Origin: the human T2T-CHM13v2.0 reference genome, Homo sapiens | NCBI RefSeq assembly: GCF_009914755.1 | Contig: NC_060938.1 | Direction: 5' to 3' (one strand) | DNA: 64,000 bases | The notes under the pieces: model-generated | Databases searched by the model: none | Seen by the model: only the letters and a program-made list of their open reading frames with translations | Told to the model about the DNA's origin: nothing | Shown here: piece after piece, positions 26,701 through 37,981 of the stretch | How the letters are laid out: each line of letters starts with the position of its first letter | How positions within the stretch are numbered: the stretch's first letter is position 1 | Program-made: the position numbers and the translations under genes

Positions 26701-29700
26701 GTGCCGCTCATTATTTTCTTTACTAGGAACCAGACTTTGAAATGGGTATGGAAGACCTTGCTGTGCCTGGCCCACAAGAGGCATTATTTACATATTGCCT
26801 TCCTTGTGTTCTTGCCTAGCACTGAACTAACAAATTCTGTGGGAAGCCTAGCAGTTAAGACACTGAGACCTGCTTCCATTGCCCATATCCCTGGCATACA
26901 TTTGAAAATCCCAGTTCTGTTTCTCTCAGCTGCAATTTTCTAAAATAGCGGATGATGCATTCCGTCTTCCCCAGGGGCAGTCTGGAATGAACGAAGAGAT
27001 AGCCTTCAGTGACATCTTTATTCCTGAGAATTCTTCTTGCCCCTGAGCATTTCTGCTCCTGGAGTCTGACCCTGGTGTCGGTAGCATCTCTTAGGTCAGC
27101 ACCAATAACTGCAGTGTGACTGATTGAGGATAGGGCAGCTGAAGCTGGACTAATTTGGGGAGCCAGGTGGGCTTATAAACAGTCATTATTGATGAAGAGT
27201 GACTTACTGGCTATTTAAAGACAGCTGGTTTCTGTGCTGTTCAGTTTTTTTTTTTCCTGAATGCACTTGAGGATTCTTTGGTAATGTCTTCTGATTTACC
27301 ACTTGTTTTTGTTTTTAATATCAAGGAAGAATATAGATTGAAGCAATTGTCTTGGTAGCAACTTTAGTGGTGATGGCTGTGGAGTTATTAAAATTTATAG
27401 TCATGCTGTTTTTGCAGCTACACTTTGCATTTCTTAGAGAGGCTTATAATATCTGGTTACAAAGAATGTAGAGAGATAGCAACTACCAAATTGGGATAGG
27501 AAATCAACCCTGCATAAATTGTTTTAATATATATTCTGTTTGCTAAAATTTACATTTATTTTCACAATATGTCTTGATGACAGTGCCCACCAAGCCAACT
27601 AGCCCTTAGCTCATGACACTACTTTCAGTTACACTAATGAGGAGAAAGAAGGGAGAAAGAAGACTGACATTTTGTGGGTCCAAAATTATCCACAGTGAAT
27701 GCCAGGTGCTTCACATGTCTGTGCTCTCCTATAACCCTCACAGCAAGCTTCAGAGGTAACAACTGGCCCCTCTTTCCCTCCACACATCTCTTTATGAAAG
27801 AGAAATCAGAAGTAAAATAACCAGACCAGGGTCATACAGCTTTAAGAGCCATCGCTGTTATTTGAACCATGCTAGGCTAAAACCCACATTTATTCTATTG
27901 AAACAGTTTCTCCAAAAATCAGAGTGTTTTATATCTGATCAAATGATGGGTGGTTCCTTCTCCTGATCTGTTTTATCTCATATATTTATGTAATGTTTTA
28001 TTACTTATAAAGTACCATCATGTTCATCATATTATATCATCCTTACAACAGCCCTATGAAGTACGTAATGCTGATATCCTGTCCTTATAGTGTATTATCA
28101 AGAAGTGGCTTCAGAAAAATCAAGTAATTTGCCCAAGGTCAGTCAGGTCTGACACCAAAGCCAATGCTTTTGTTCCCTCACATCTTCTCTTTTCTAGACA
28201 CATGAGCCAGCGGAGTTGATTTTCATGGCAGCTGTGCATGATAGTTTCAAGCCTGGGCAACTCTATGGGTATTCGCCACAAGGCTTCCGTGACTTCTAAT
28301 GAACTGAAACAAAGCAGTTAGCCATGGATTATAATGCCACCGTGGTCCCATGACAAATGACAAGGAGGTTGCAGTAATGAAATTTTATTACTGCAAATAG
28401 AGACCACATCTGAGATCTAGCACGGCCACATTTACCATTGTGGGAAACAAAATGAAACACCTGGGAAAGGATCTCCACTGACTTTAGCAGTGAGCTAACA
28501 GGATTAAGAAGATCTCCCAGAAACACTGATTACAATGGCAAATGTGTGGCACCTAAGATAAGGACCAAATATTTATTCTGGCAGAGATTAAATCTTTTCT
28601 TTTCCTGAATCAAATATGGATCTTGCAGAAAATCTGCCCAAGAATATATCTTGCTGATCAGCGAACTCACTGAGCCAGAACCGTACTTGGCCACTGCTGT
28701 CACTGAAAAGCTACAGAATGCTGCTTTAAAGGTCTCCATGCTTCCCCTAAAACTGTTTTCCATCCATGATTAATTAGTGACTTAGGGGTGAATTGAATCA
28801 CCAGCTGTCCTTTCCATGCATCCAGGATTTATGTACTGGTTTCTCATTGAAGAACAGTGGTGCAATAAACAGCCCTCATTTGTGGGGTGGGCAGAGGAGT
28901 AATGGTGTCTGCAGTCATGGTTTCTTAACTCCTCTAGTACTTCCATTCTGCTAAGCAGGTTATGGCTCACATTATTACAGCCTAGCTTATTTAGGCATGA
29001 GGGTCGTGGGCAGTGACACACACACACCCTTAGAAATGAATACCAGTTCTTTAAGAGAAAGCAGAAAAGTCATATTACCATTTCTGAATTCCTTGAGAAA
29101 TAAGAAGAATAAAATGGACAATAATATTAGTTATGGGCATGAAAAGTACAAAAAGAACCCATAATCAGGTTCATTTATATATGCATGCATATTTTAAAGC
29201 TAGGTGCTTTTCCTACTGCAGAGATGTAGATAGCGGTTTCAACAAACAGATTTACGAAATCATGAGTGTGTTTAGTCACAATTTTGGGAGGTACCTGGAG
29301 CTCTTTTCCCAGAGAACAGAACATGGGGATTGCAGACATCATTTTATATTGCATATTATGTAATCAGGGCACAAAGGAAATACTGAGGTCCACCCTGTAT
29401 CTCTGCATCCTTGAATGCTCACAGCCTGCTTTGGTTGATCATTCTATATTCCTCGCTTCTAAGATCAAGACTTCTGCATGACTTGTCCATTCTTTTATTG
29501 GATACAAGATGAACTGACATACTAAGTGATAAATGGAAACTTGAGGAAAGCCTTCATTTTGGGAAAAGAAGTGAAGTGTACCAAACTATATATAGAAACC
29601 AGTGTCCCTCCCTCCAGAACTCTTAATTTGTTGACTTTAGGTGTAGTAGGTGCTTAATAAATTTTGTATTTGTGTATTTAATGAATACATGAATGAATAA

Positions 29701-29913
29701 AACAAATGACTAAATCTGAGATTTAGAAAAACTCTTTTCTATATCTTGATTTATATGGATTCTGGACTTTTCTCACATTCTTCTTTTTCTTTTCCTCCTT
29801 CTGGTTTTCCTCCTTCTCTTCCTTTTACTTCTTCTTGAATAAAAAAATAGAAGATAACAAAGGATCGTGAACTAGTACTGTGACTCAGTCTTGTAGAATG
29901 TCAGAATTACTAC

Positions 29914-30261
29914 TGATATGGTTTGGCTGTGTTCCCACGCAAATCTCATCTTGAATTATAGTTCCCATAATCCCAACGTGTTGTGGGAGGGAGCCAGTGG
30001 GAGGTAATTGGCTCATGTGAGCAGTTACCTCCATGTTGTTCTCATGATAGTGAGTGAGTTCTCATGATATCTGATGGTTTTATGAGGGGGTTTTCCTCTT
30101 TTGCCTGGCACTTCTCCTTCCTGCTGCCACGTGAAGAAGGATGTGTTTGCTTTCCAGGCCCCCACAGCCATGCTGAACTGTGAGTCAATTAAACCTCTTT
30201 TGTTCATAAATTACCCAGTCTCAGGTGTGTCTTTACTCACAGAATGGAAAGGACTAATACA
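29914..30261 (+). mobile_element. THE1 (C/D-like) solo LTR with perfect 5-bp TSD
   Basis: TGATATGGTTTGGCTGTG...GGACTAATACA, flanked by ACTAC (29909-29913 and 30262-30266). Confidence 0.93.
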
Positions 30262-30603
30262 ACTACTAAATTTTATTATCCTTGAATGCCCAACATATTG
30301 CCAGTAATTTGGAAAACTAAAGAAATTGAGCAAGATGTCTCCCTTCTGTCCTTACACATGCCTCCAACACCCTGCAATGCTATGTCTTTCCAAGAGCTTA
30401 AGAGAGGCTGATTATATTTGAATAGTAAGGTTACATTTATTTCATGTCTCATTGTGAATACTAGTTCCAACTTTTAGTCATAACCAATTATTAGAGAAGA
30501 GTCAGAGTTTTAATAGCATTATTATGTATGCTTTGTGTTTTAGTGCACTTCCCAGGAGGTTGGTGATATCACCACCAGCATCACCATTTGCATCATTATT
30601 ATC

Positions 30604-31012
30604 TGTATTAGTCCATCCTCACATTGCTATAAAGAAATACCTGAGAATGAGTGATTTATAAAGAAAAGAGTTTTTAATTGGCTCACAGTTCTGCAGGATG
30701 TATAGGAAGCATAGCAGCATCTGCTTCTGGGGAGCCCTCAGGAAGCTTCCAATCATGGCAAATAGGGGAGGAAGAGTCTCACATGACAGGAGCAGGAACA
30801 AGAGAGACACAGGGAAGATGCCACACACTTTAAACAACCAGATCTCATAAGAACTCACTCACTATCACGAGAACAAGACCAAGGGAATGGTACTAAAACG
30901 TTCATGAGAAATTGTCCCCATGATCCAATCACCTCCCACCAGGCCCCATCTCCAACACTGGAGATTACAACTGAACATGAGATTTGGGTGGGGACACATC
31001 CACACCATATCA
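30604..31012 (-). mobile_element. MSTA/MSTB solo LTR
   Basis: TGTATTAGTCC...GCTATAAAGAAATACCTGAG...CAGGAAGCTTCCAATCATGG...GAGATTTGGGTGGGGACACA...ACCATATCA. Confidence 0.92.
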
Positions 31013-31272
31013 CCGTCTTCACTGCCATAGTGTTACTCTTATCTAATTCATTGCAATTTCCCTTCTGACAAGTCTTTGATGGCCACAGAGGTTCTCTTCT
31101 GCTGTGTTGCATAAGCTCTGGTCTTGAATATATCTCTCTTTGGATTAATCTGAGGAGTAGGGCTACAAGTTGGGAAGCATGGCAGCCATCTAATCATGAA
31201 AATTCTAGGTGAGTTTCATTGGCCTCTACTGGGGTTACCTTTTCTATGTGGTTTGGAACTGCAGAACCATTA

Positions 31273-31339
31273 TGTGCATGTGTGTGTGTGTACGCGTGTG
31301 TGTGTGTGTGTGTATATTTATATACACACACACATATAT
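31273..31339. repeat. (TG)n-(TA)-(CA)n alternating purine-pyrimidine tract with internal palindrome
   Basis: TGTGTGTGTGTATA-TTTA-TATACACACACACA. Confidence 0.9.
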
Positions 31340-31825
31340 CCAGCCCCTCTGACATTGGCTCCTAACCATTCTGTACACCTCTGCTTTGCCTTGATCGCAT
31401 GAAAATATGCTGAGAAGCTCATATTTCCACTTTAATTGTAAATCTGAATTGATAAATGATTTAAGGTCCAGTGTCTTGGTGTACTCTCTTAGTAAACAGG
31501 CCTAATTCATCTCACAGAAATAAACTTTGCATTGTCATTGCATAGCTACTAGGTAGTTCCAGGCCTGATTTGCCTTGAGGGGAATTGAATGATGTAACCT
31601 GTGCGGTGCAGCCTGTGAGAGCAATTTGGGTGGTTTTTATGCCATTGGTTTTTATGCTCAGGATGAAAGCTCATGGAGAAATGTAGAATGCTATTATTAT
31701 CTTATCTTCATGCTGACAGCTCCCTCTGGGCACCTACAGGTTTATTGCTGGTTGGAGGATCAAGTTTAAAGGGAGAGAACTTCGTGGTTGGTGATAACTA
31801 TGCCTTTTGTGTTTCTTTATTATAG

Positions 31826-31997
31826 GAACAGGGGAAAATTGGAGTTGTCTTCAACATTGGCACAGTTGACATCTCCATCAAAGAGGAGAGAACCCCTGTA
31901 AATGACGGCAAATACCATGTGGTACGCTTCACCAGGAACGGCGGCAACGCCACCCTGCAGGTGGACAACTGGCCAGTGAATGAACATTATCCTACAG
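31826..31997 (+). CDS. NRXN3: Neurexin-3 constitutive coding exon, LNS6 (laminin-G) domain, immediately upstream of splice site 4; 172 nt, phase 0 to 1
   Basis: Acceptor TTTGTGTTTCTTTATTATAG|GAA, donor ACAG|GTACAT; translates [57 protein letters not shown](G), with neurexin motifs [12 protein letters not shown] and GGNATLQVD (N-glycan sequon) and NRXN3-type residues. Confidence 0.97.
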
Positions 31998-34489
31998 GTA
32001 CATGTTGTTCGCTCAATGGTCCTACTCTTTTTGACTCTCCCATTCTCACTTTTCAGTGGTGATTTTTCTCATGACTGTCACCAAATTCCAGAACACTGAG
32101 TGAAGTACACATTCATGATTTTTTTGTATGAGAAGATAAGTCATCTCTTTAGGACTTGATCCAGTATAGGGAGCTTCTGGAGACTTTACCAACTATGCAC
32201 TGGACACTTTTTGTCAACCTTTGACTGATACAGCCTGACTGGCTCATACCAAAGACAATTACGGTAGATTTTGCAGGGCCTGTAGATGAGGAGCAGTGAA
32301 GGGAAGGATCATCTCTATCATGAGCTAGTGTCGATAATCATAAGATGCTCCATTTGAGACCCAGACTTTGTGGTGCCATTTAGTCGGATGCAGTTGAAGG
32401 TGCAGATGCCAGAGAGAGACTCTAAAAGGACAATTACTGAACTTGAAGACACAGATCAAGTCATGGTAACAATGAGAGAAAAACTAAGGTGGAATTTTAT
32501 TCGTTTGGTGGACTTTGCTAGTTTTTATTTTCTCACTTACCCTAAGCCTGCCTGGATATTCAAAGGTTGGTCCTAGTAGTCATTTTAATAGCAAGCATGC
32601 TGGTGTGGCAGGAAAAGGGGTTAATCATCTGTTTAAATTTTACAGTCAAGAAACATTCAGCAACAAATTCCCAGAGCCAGATGGCTGAATCAAGCACAAC
32701 GGGAGAAAAGGTTGCCTTCCTTAAAAGAGATCATTCAAATAATCCCTCAGCTTTCCCTCTTGCCTCTGACTTCTCCCAGGAAAAGTCCTGAATGCTGATC
32801 GTAAAAGTGCCAGGAATGGAAGGGACAACCCTTCAGCAAAGGGCCATTGTTCCACAATTGCACTGTCATCTGATGGATGCAAGAGAATAGTGAGAATATT
32901 GCACTTCTCACTAATGTGGGCATGAAGTGATGTGCTACTCTCTATCCTACACACCAAACTCCTCACAATTTTCTCACCACTTTTCTCTAACTTCCTTTAC
33001 AGTGAGGTGGGCACAATAACAAAGAAGCTTGAAGCACATTTTCACATGTCTAAGAGCCATTAGCTAATAATGGTTATGCTTGTGAGAAAGATACAAAGTG
33101 AATTTGCCTATTTGTAGGCCAAGACTTTGAATGGCTTGAAGGCTGTTGTATCTCCACACCTAACTCAGCATTAATTTTCTTTAAAAGCCTATCAGAAGTA
33201 TCTGCGCTGTTGGGTTGTTCCCTAACTGCTAGAGTCCCGCTATATCTGTTTAAGAATTGTAAGAGCATCTGGAAACAGCATGCAAGACCCCCAAGGTATT
33301 GAGGCAAAAAGCTCCACCCACTATTGATTTGCCATCTCGGTTTCCATAAAACAGCCAGCTCAGCCATTGCTAGGGGTCTCAGAATTTCTTAGATTAAGGC
33401 ACATAAATGCCCTTATGAGGTTATCTTTGAGTATTTGAAGAAAGCCAAAGCTATTAACAGCTTCTAGGAATTTTTATCATTCAAATTCACTACACACTAA
33501 TAGACTTAATTTTTAAATGCTTCCTGCTTAATCCCTGATGGATGGGGGAGAGGGTGAAAGGAATAAAAGCAGTCCAGTATCTTAAAAGCTGTTCATAGGC
33601 TCATAGAAAAAAATCAATCTCTCTCTCCATATGTGTTATCATTGGCCTTGCTAGTGTTGCTGAAGGGTTTGTTGTGTTTCTATTAGGAATTTCAAAGATT
33701 TCTAAATTGATGTTAACCACTTGCCTTGAGCCAATATAGAATCTACAAGTTTGCTGCCAGCAATGAGCAGGCTCTTTAATGGTCATTTTTAAAGCCACAG
33801 CTATGTAACCAAACCGGAGATTCTTGCTGTGCGCCTATCTTTTGGTGTCTTTCTTTAGTTCCAAATTATGGGTTGCTTCCTATATGTTTTCAAAACAGAT
33901 TAAGCCTTTCTTTAATAGCATTGCTCCCTCCTGAAAACTATTATTATCATTGGAAACTGTTATTTAGTAACGATATGTGTTATTATTTCAGGACAGGGTA
34001 CAGTATAGCATTTATAAGTATGGGCCTTGGAGTCAACTGGCTAGAGTTGGGATCTTGGTTTCATCACCTGTGAGTCTAAAGACCTTGAAATGTCCTAAGC
34101 ATTGAAATATTTGGTGCCTCTCCCCACATGTAATTCAAAATACAGTAACACTGAACCATAAAATAAGTGTAAGAATTTCTAAGAGTTTTTATTTTTCTCC
34201 TCTGATGATTTCTGTAATGCTTTCAAAATATATTAGATTCTTTCTTCCCAAATTCTCATTTTGTACTTTCTCTGTTTTGTTGTTCTTTAAGAAGATGTTC
34301 ATTCTTCTCCCTGAGACTGTTTCCTAGTCTAGACAACCAGGGTAATGATAATACCTGGTTAATGTGAAGATTAAGTGAGTTGACCACATGTATAATGCTG
34401 GGACAATTAAGTCAATCCTCAATAAATGTTAGCTGTGAGGATTACCAATCATTTGGCTAGCATTTTAAATTAGGACATATTTTTGAGTA

Positions 34490-34680
34490 CAGATTTCTTC
34501 ATTTTGAAGATGAAATACCCTATCAATTAGACAAGGTAGATATTTTTTATTCTCCATTTCAAATAAAAACAGAGACCCAAGGAGGTGCTATGCCCTTCCT
34601 AAGGTCACATAGCAAGTGAAGGAAGACCTAGGACAATATTTTTCTGTTTCCAATTGGGCAGTTTTCACTATTGCTCCCCC
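34490..34680 (-). mobile_element. MIR SINE
   Basis: AAAACAGAGACCCAAGGAGG...CCTAAGGTCACATAGCAAGT. Confidence 0.65.
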
Positions 34681-36322
34681 AGAGAATTGGGGGATGTTCT
34701 GAAAAATGCATAGCTAGAAATGAGTATTTTTCTTCTTGTGTCATCTTAGATTTCTTTCTTTAAAGAAGTGTCATATCTCAAAGGTCACTTTCCAATGATC
34801 ACACAAAAGTGGTTATTGTGAGGTGTTGAGTTCAAAATCCTCATTTAAAAGTTTTATTGGCACCAGTGACCCCAAGCTGCTCTCCTTACAACAATGGCAA
34901 TGTGCTCCCATGAAGCAGCTGAAAGAATAGTGAGTATTTAAAGGAGCTATATCCCCTTACCTTGCTGCCTCAATTAAAAAGTTGTTGTGTGATATACTAG
35001 ATCGAGGTTTATGTTCCACTCTGCCAAGACTTCCTAGGAGCGGTTCACTTTTTGAGCCTTGGATACCTTATTTTCTCTCCTCTCTGCTTCCCTGTGCTAT
35101 TAAAAGGATCAATTTAACTATTAATAATTTAAAGTATCATGAGAAAAATCTGGCAATGTTTATTTTAAATCATAAGATCAAAATTCCCCGTGTCTGGGCC
35201 ATCAAACAAAGCCATCAACCTGGCAAGGCAGTCTTGACAGTTTCTACAAAAATGTGTCCTTTTGTTTTCTAAAGTCATTCTATTTTATTATTTTATCAAT
35301 AACAGTAGGTTTAGAAATCATCAAGGGTTTAGTCTCACTACTCACTTATTACTAATGTTTAAACAGTAAAGACATACAGAGTAGCTCCTATAGAAGATTT
35401 ACGTTAAGTTATCTCACTTGGAGAACATGCTCTCGGGGAATTGTTCCTGCCTACAAGGTCTGAATGAGTCAGCTGTGCACCGGGATGAATGGGTCATCTC
35501 CACAGTCTTCTCATGGGCATTTATGGGGCTCTACTGAAACATCCCACCGTGAAATATTTAGAACCCAGCTGGGCACAGGGCATGTAGCACTGGCTCTTTC
35601 TTTGTGAATCAGGGAAGAAACAGAATGAAAATAGTTCTATAGCAATCGGAATCTTATATCACTAAATTCTGGGAGGTAGAACTGAAAAGCAACTTCTTTC
35701 TTTGAACCTGAAAATAGAAAAGCTAAGAAACGGGAGAGGGAAATAAAAGAAGAATCAGCCCAGAGCTATCATCCAGGCACTGACAAATGTTCCTTATAAA
35801 GTCTCTGATTGTTGTCCCTATACAATGCGGTGGTAGGAACAAGGGAGGGGGGGTGAAAGGTGACTTGAGTATGAGGAATTAATTTTAGCCACAGCTCTAG
35901 GCCCCCTGGAAGGCTGAGCTGACTGGGTTTGTTCCATATCTTCTCTCTGCTGTGAGTGGGTGGCCGGTGATACTGTCACTGCTGTAAGATCCCTGAGCAT
36001 GGTCCAGTAAAGGCTTTTCAGGTCCTATCTAGGCTTCCTGGGACATGCAGACTGATACACAGCTTCAATCTTTGCATGTCAGGGGGTGCTGAGGAGAGCA
36101 GGGCATACCAACTCAGTTCAAGTGCTCTTCACAGAATTCCTCTTCTTCAGTCTTTAAAATGCACACGGATGACCTACATTTAAATCCTATTTGACCACCC
36201 AACTTAGAACGTGAAAAAGAGGTAAAAGTAGCTCCCTTTCAAGGATGCTACATTAGAAAACTCTCTTTATATTTGAGTTTGTCAAATTCCACAGAAACTT
36301 GTCTTTATAGGGGTTGGAAGAG

Positions 36323-36366
36323 AAAACATTGCTATGGTACTTATAAAACATTGCTATAGTACTTAT
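36323..36366. repeat. 22-bp tandem duplication
   Basis: AAAACATTGCTATGGTACTTAT / AAAACATTGCTATAGTACTTAT (21/22 identical). Confidence 0.92.
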
Positions 36367-36689
36367 TGATGACCAAAATACCTTCATATCGGTTATTACA
36401 TTTGAGCCTCACTCCATCCTGTGAAGGACAGGGTTTGGTATTATTACTCCTGCCATACCCATTTTAAGGTTACGTTATCAAGGCTCTGAAAGGCTAAATA
36501 ACTTTCCCAGTGTCACACAGCTTAAGGAGCAGAGCCAACACTTTTCTATCCTGATCCTCAGACTGCACAGCCTCAAACTTTCTGCTCACTTTCCTATTTC
36601 TCAGAGCCACGATTTTATTAATAATGACAGTATTTCTTTTTGTAAAAACATATTCTCAAATGGAAATCTCTGCCTGGAGTAGTCTAGTT

Positions 36690-36892
36690 AGTAAGGTTTT
36701 TCAACCTATTGACATTTGGGGCTGGACACATCTTTGCTGTTGGTGTGTAAGGAAGGGGGCGGGGTACTGTTTTGCACATTGCAGGATGTTTAGCAGCATC
36801 CATGACTTTTACCCCCTGGATGCCACTCTCATGTTTCCACAAGTGCCAAATACCCTCTGGTCAGCAAAATCACCCCCATATAAGAGCCGCTG
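36690..36892 (+). mobile_element. MER20 hAT element
   Basis: CTATTGACATTTGGGGCTGGA...GCACATTGCAGGATGTTTAGCAGCATCC...TGGATGCCA; strand uncertain. Confidence 0.8.
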
Positions 36893-37658
36893 ACTTAGAG
36901 AAAGTTTCCAACATATTTTGTTTAAATGTTCATCATGTTTTTGTAATTTAGACAGTATACATCGGTATAAGAAAGATTTTTTTTTTGTCCACATCTCTTC
37001 CTCAATTATTGAGACTTTAAAGGATTAAAAACAAGTCTATGTACTTGACATGATGCTGAAATTTCTCAGGCCTTGGGTTTTCATTAATTCCTAGCCAGGA
37101 GGTTTACTTTCCTTTTCTTTATGTCTTTTCCTGCGAACATTTGAGACCTTGCCAGATTTGAAGCATGCATTAAAACAAGCCCCATCTACCTGCTCATTCA
37201 TCCGTTCAGGACTAGCGTTGCTTTCAGTTCAACAGGGGGAAAAACAGAGAGAGCAGAGTCCTGCAGAGGGAATAAGAAGTATAAATACAATCAAGAAGGA
37301 AAGCCATATTTGAACAAGGTTTCAGGACTACAGACATATAAGGGCAACCAGAGAAAGCCTCACTTAATGAATGTGTTTGAACATTGTGAGGAACATTTTA
37401 AAACCATCTTATAAAGAAGGTGCTCCAACATTCAGTCACAAAATGTATCAATTAATCACTCAAACTAGTGTATCTTGAATATTCACACTGCTAACTAGTC
37501 ATCCTTTCCAATTTGTCAGAAATGAATTAGGATTCACATGTTTGTGAGTTTCTATTTCCAAGGGAATTATTTCCACATTATGCAGTTTGTCTTCGGTTAA
37601 CAAAAATGTTTTAAAAGAATGTTTTCAATAGGCACTTATATATACATATTTGTGTAAA

Positions 37659-37981
37659 GCAATGGTCTGCAACCTGGCTGAAATTGAGAATCCCCTGGGA
37701 AGTTTAATAAATTGCCAGTGCTCGGGCACTGGTCTCAGGGCATCTAATTTAACTGATCTGGGGTGTGGTCCATGGATCAGCAGCATCAGCTTCCCCTGGG
37801 AGCTTGTTAAAAATGCAGACTCTCAGGCACCACCCCGTACCTGCAAAATCAGATCCCCCAGTGCTATGGGTACATTGTAAATTGAGAAACACTGGCCCAG
37901 GCATTTTTTTGTTTGTTTTTTGTTGTTTTTAAAAAAAGCTCCTAAGGTGATTCTCTGTGTAGCTAAGTTTGACATTCACTG
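37659..37981. mobile_element. MER5A/MER5B-type composite hAT elements
   Basis: GTGTGGTCCATGGATCAGCAGCATCAGCTTCCCCTGGGAGCTTGTTAAAAATGCAGACTCTCAGG; TTGAGAAACACTG. Confidence 0.75.
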
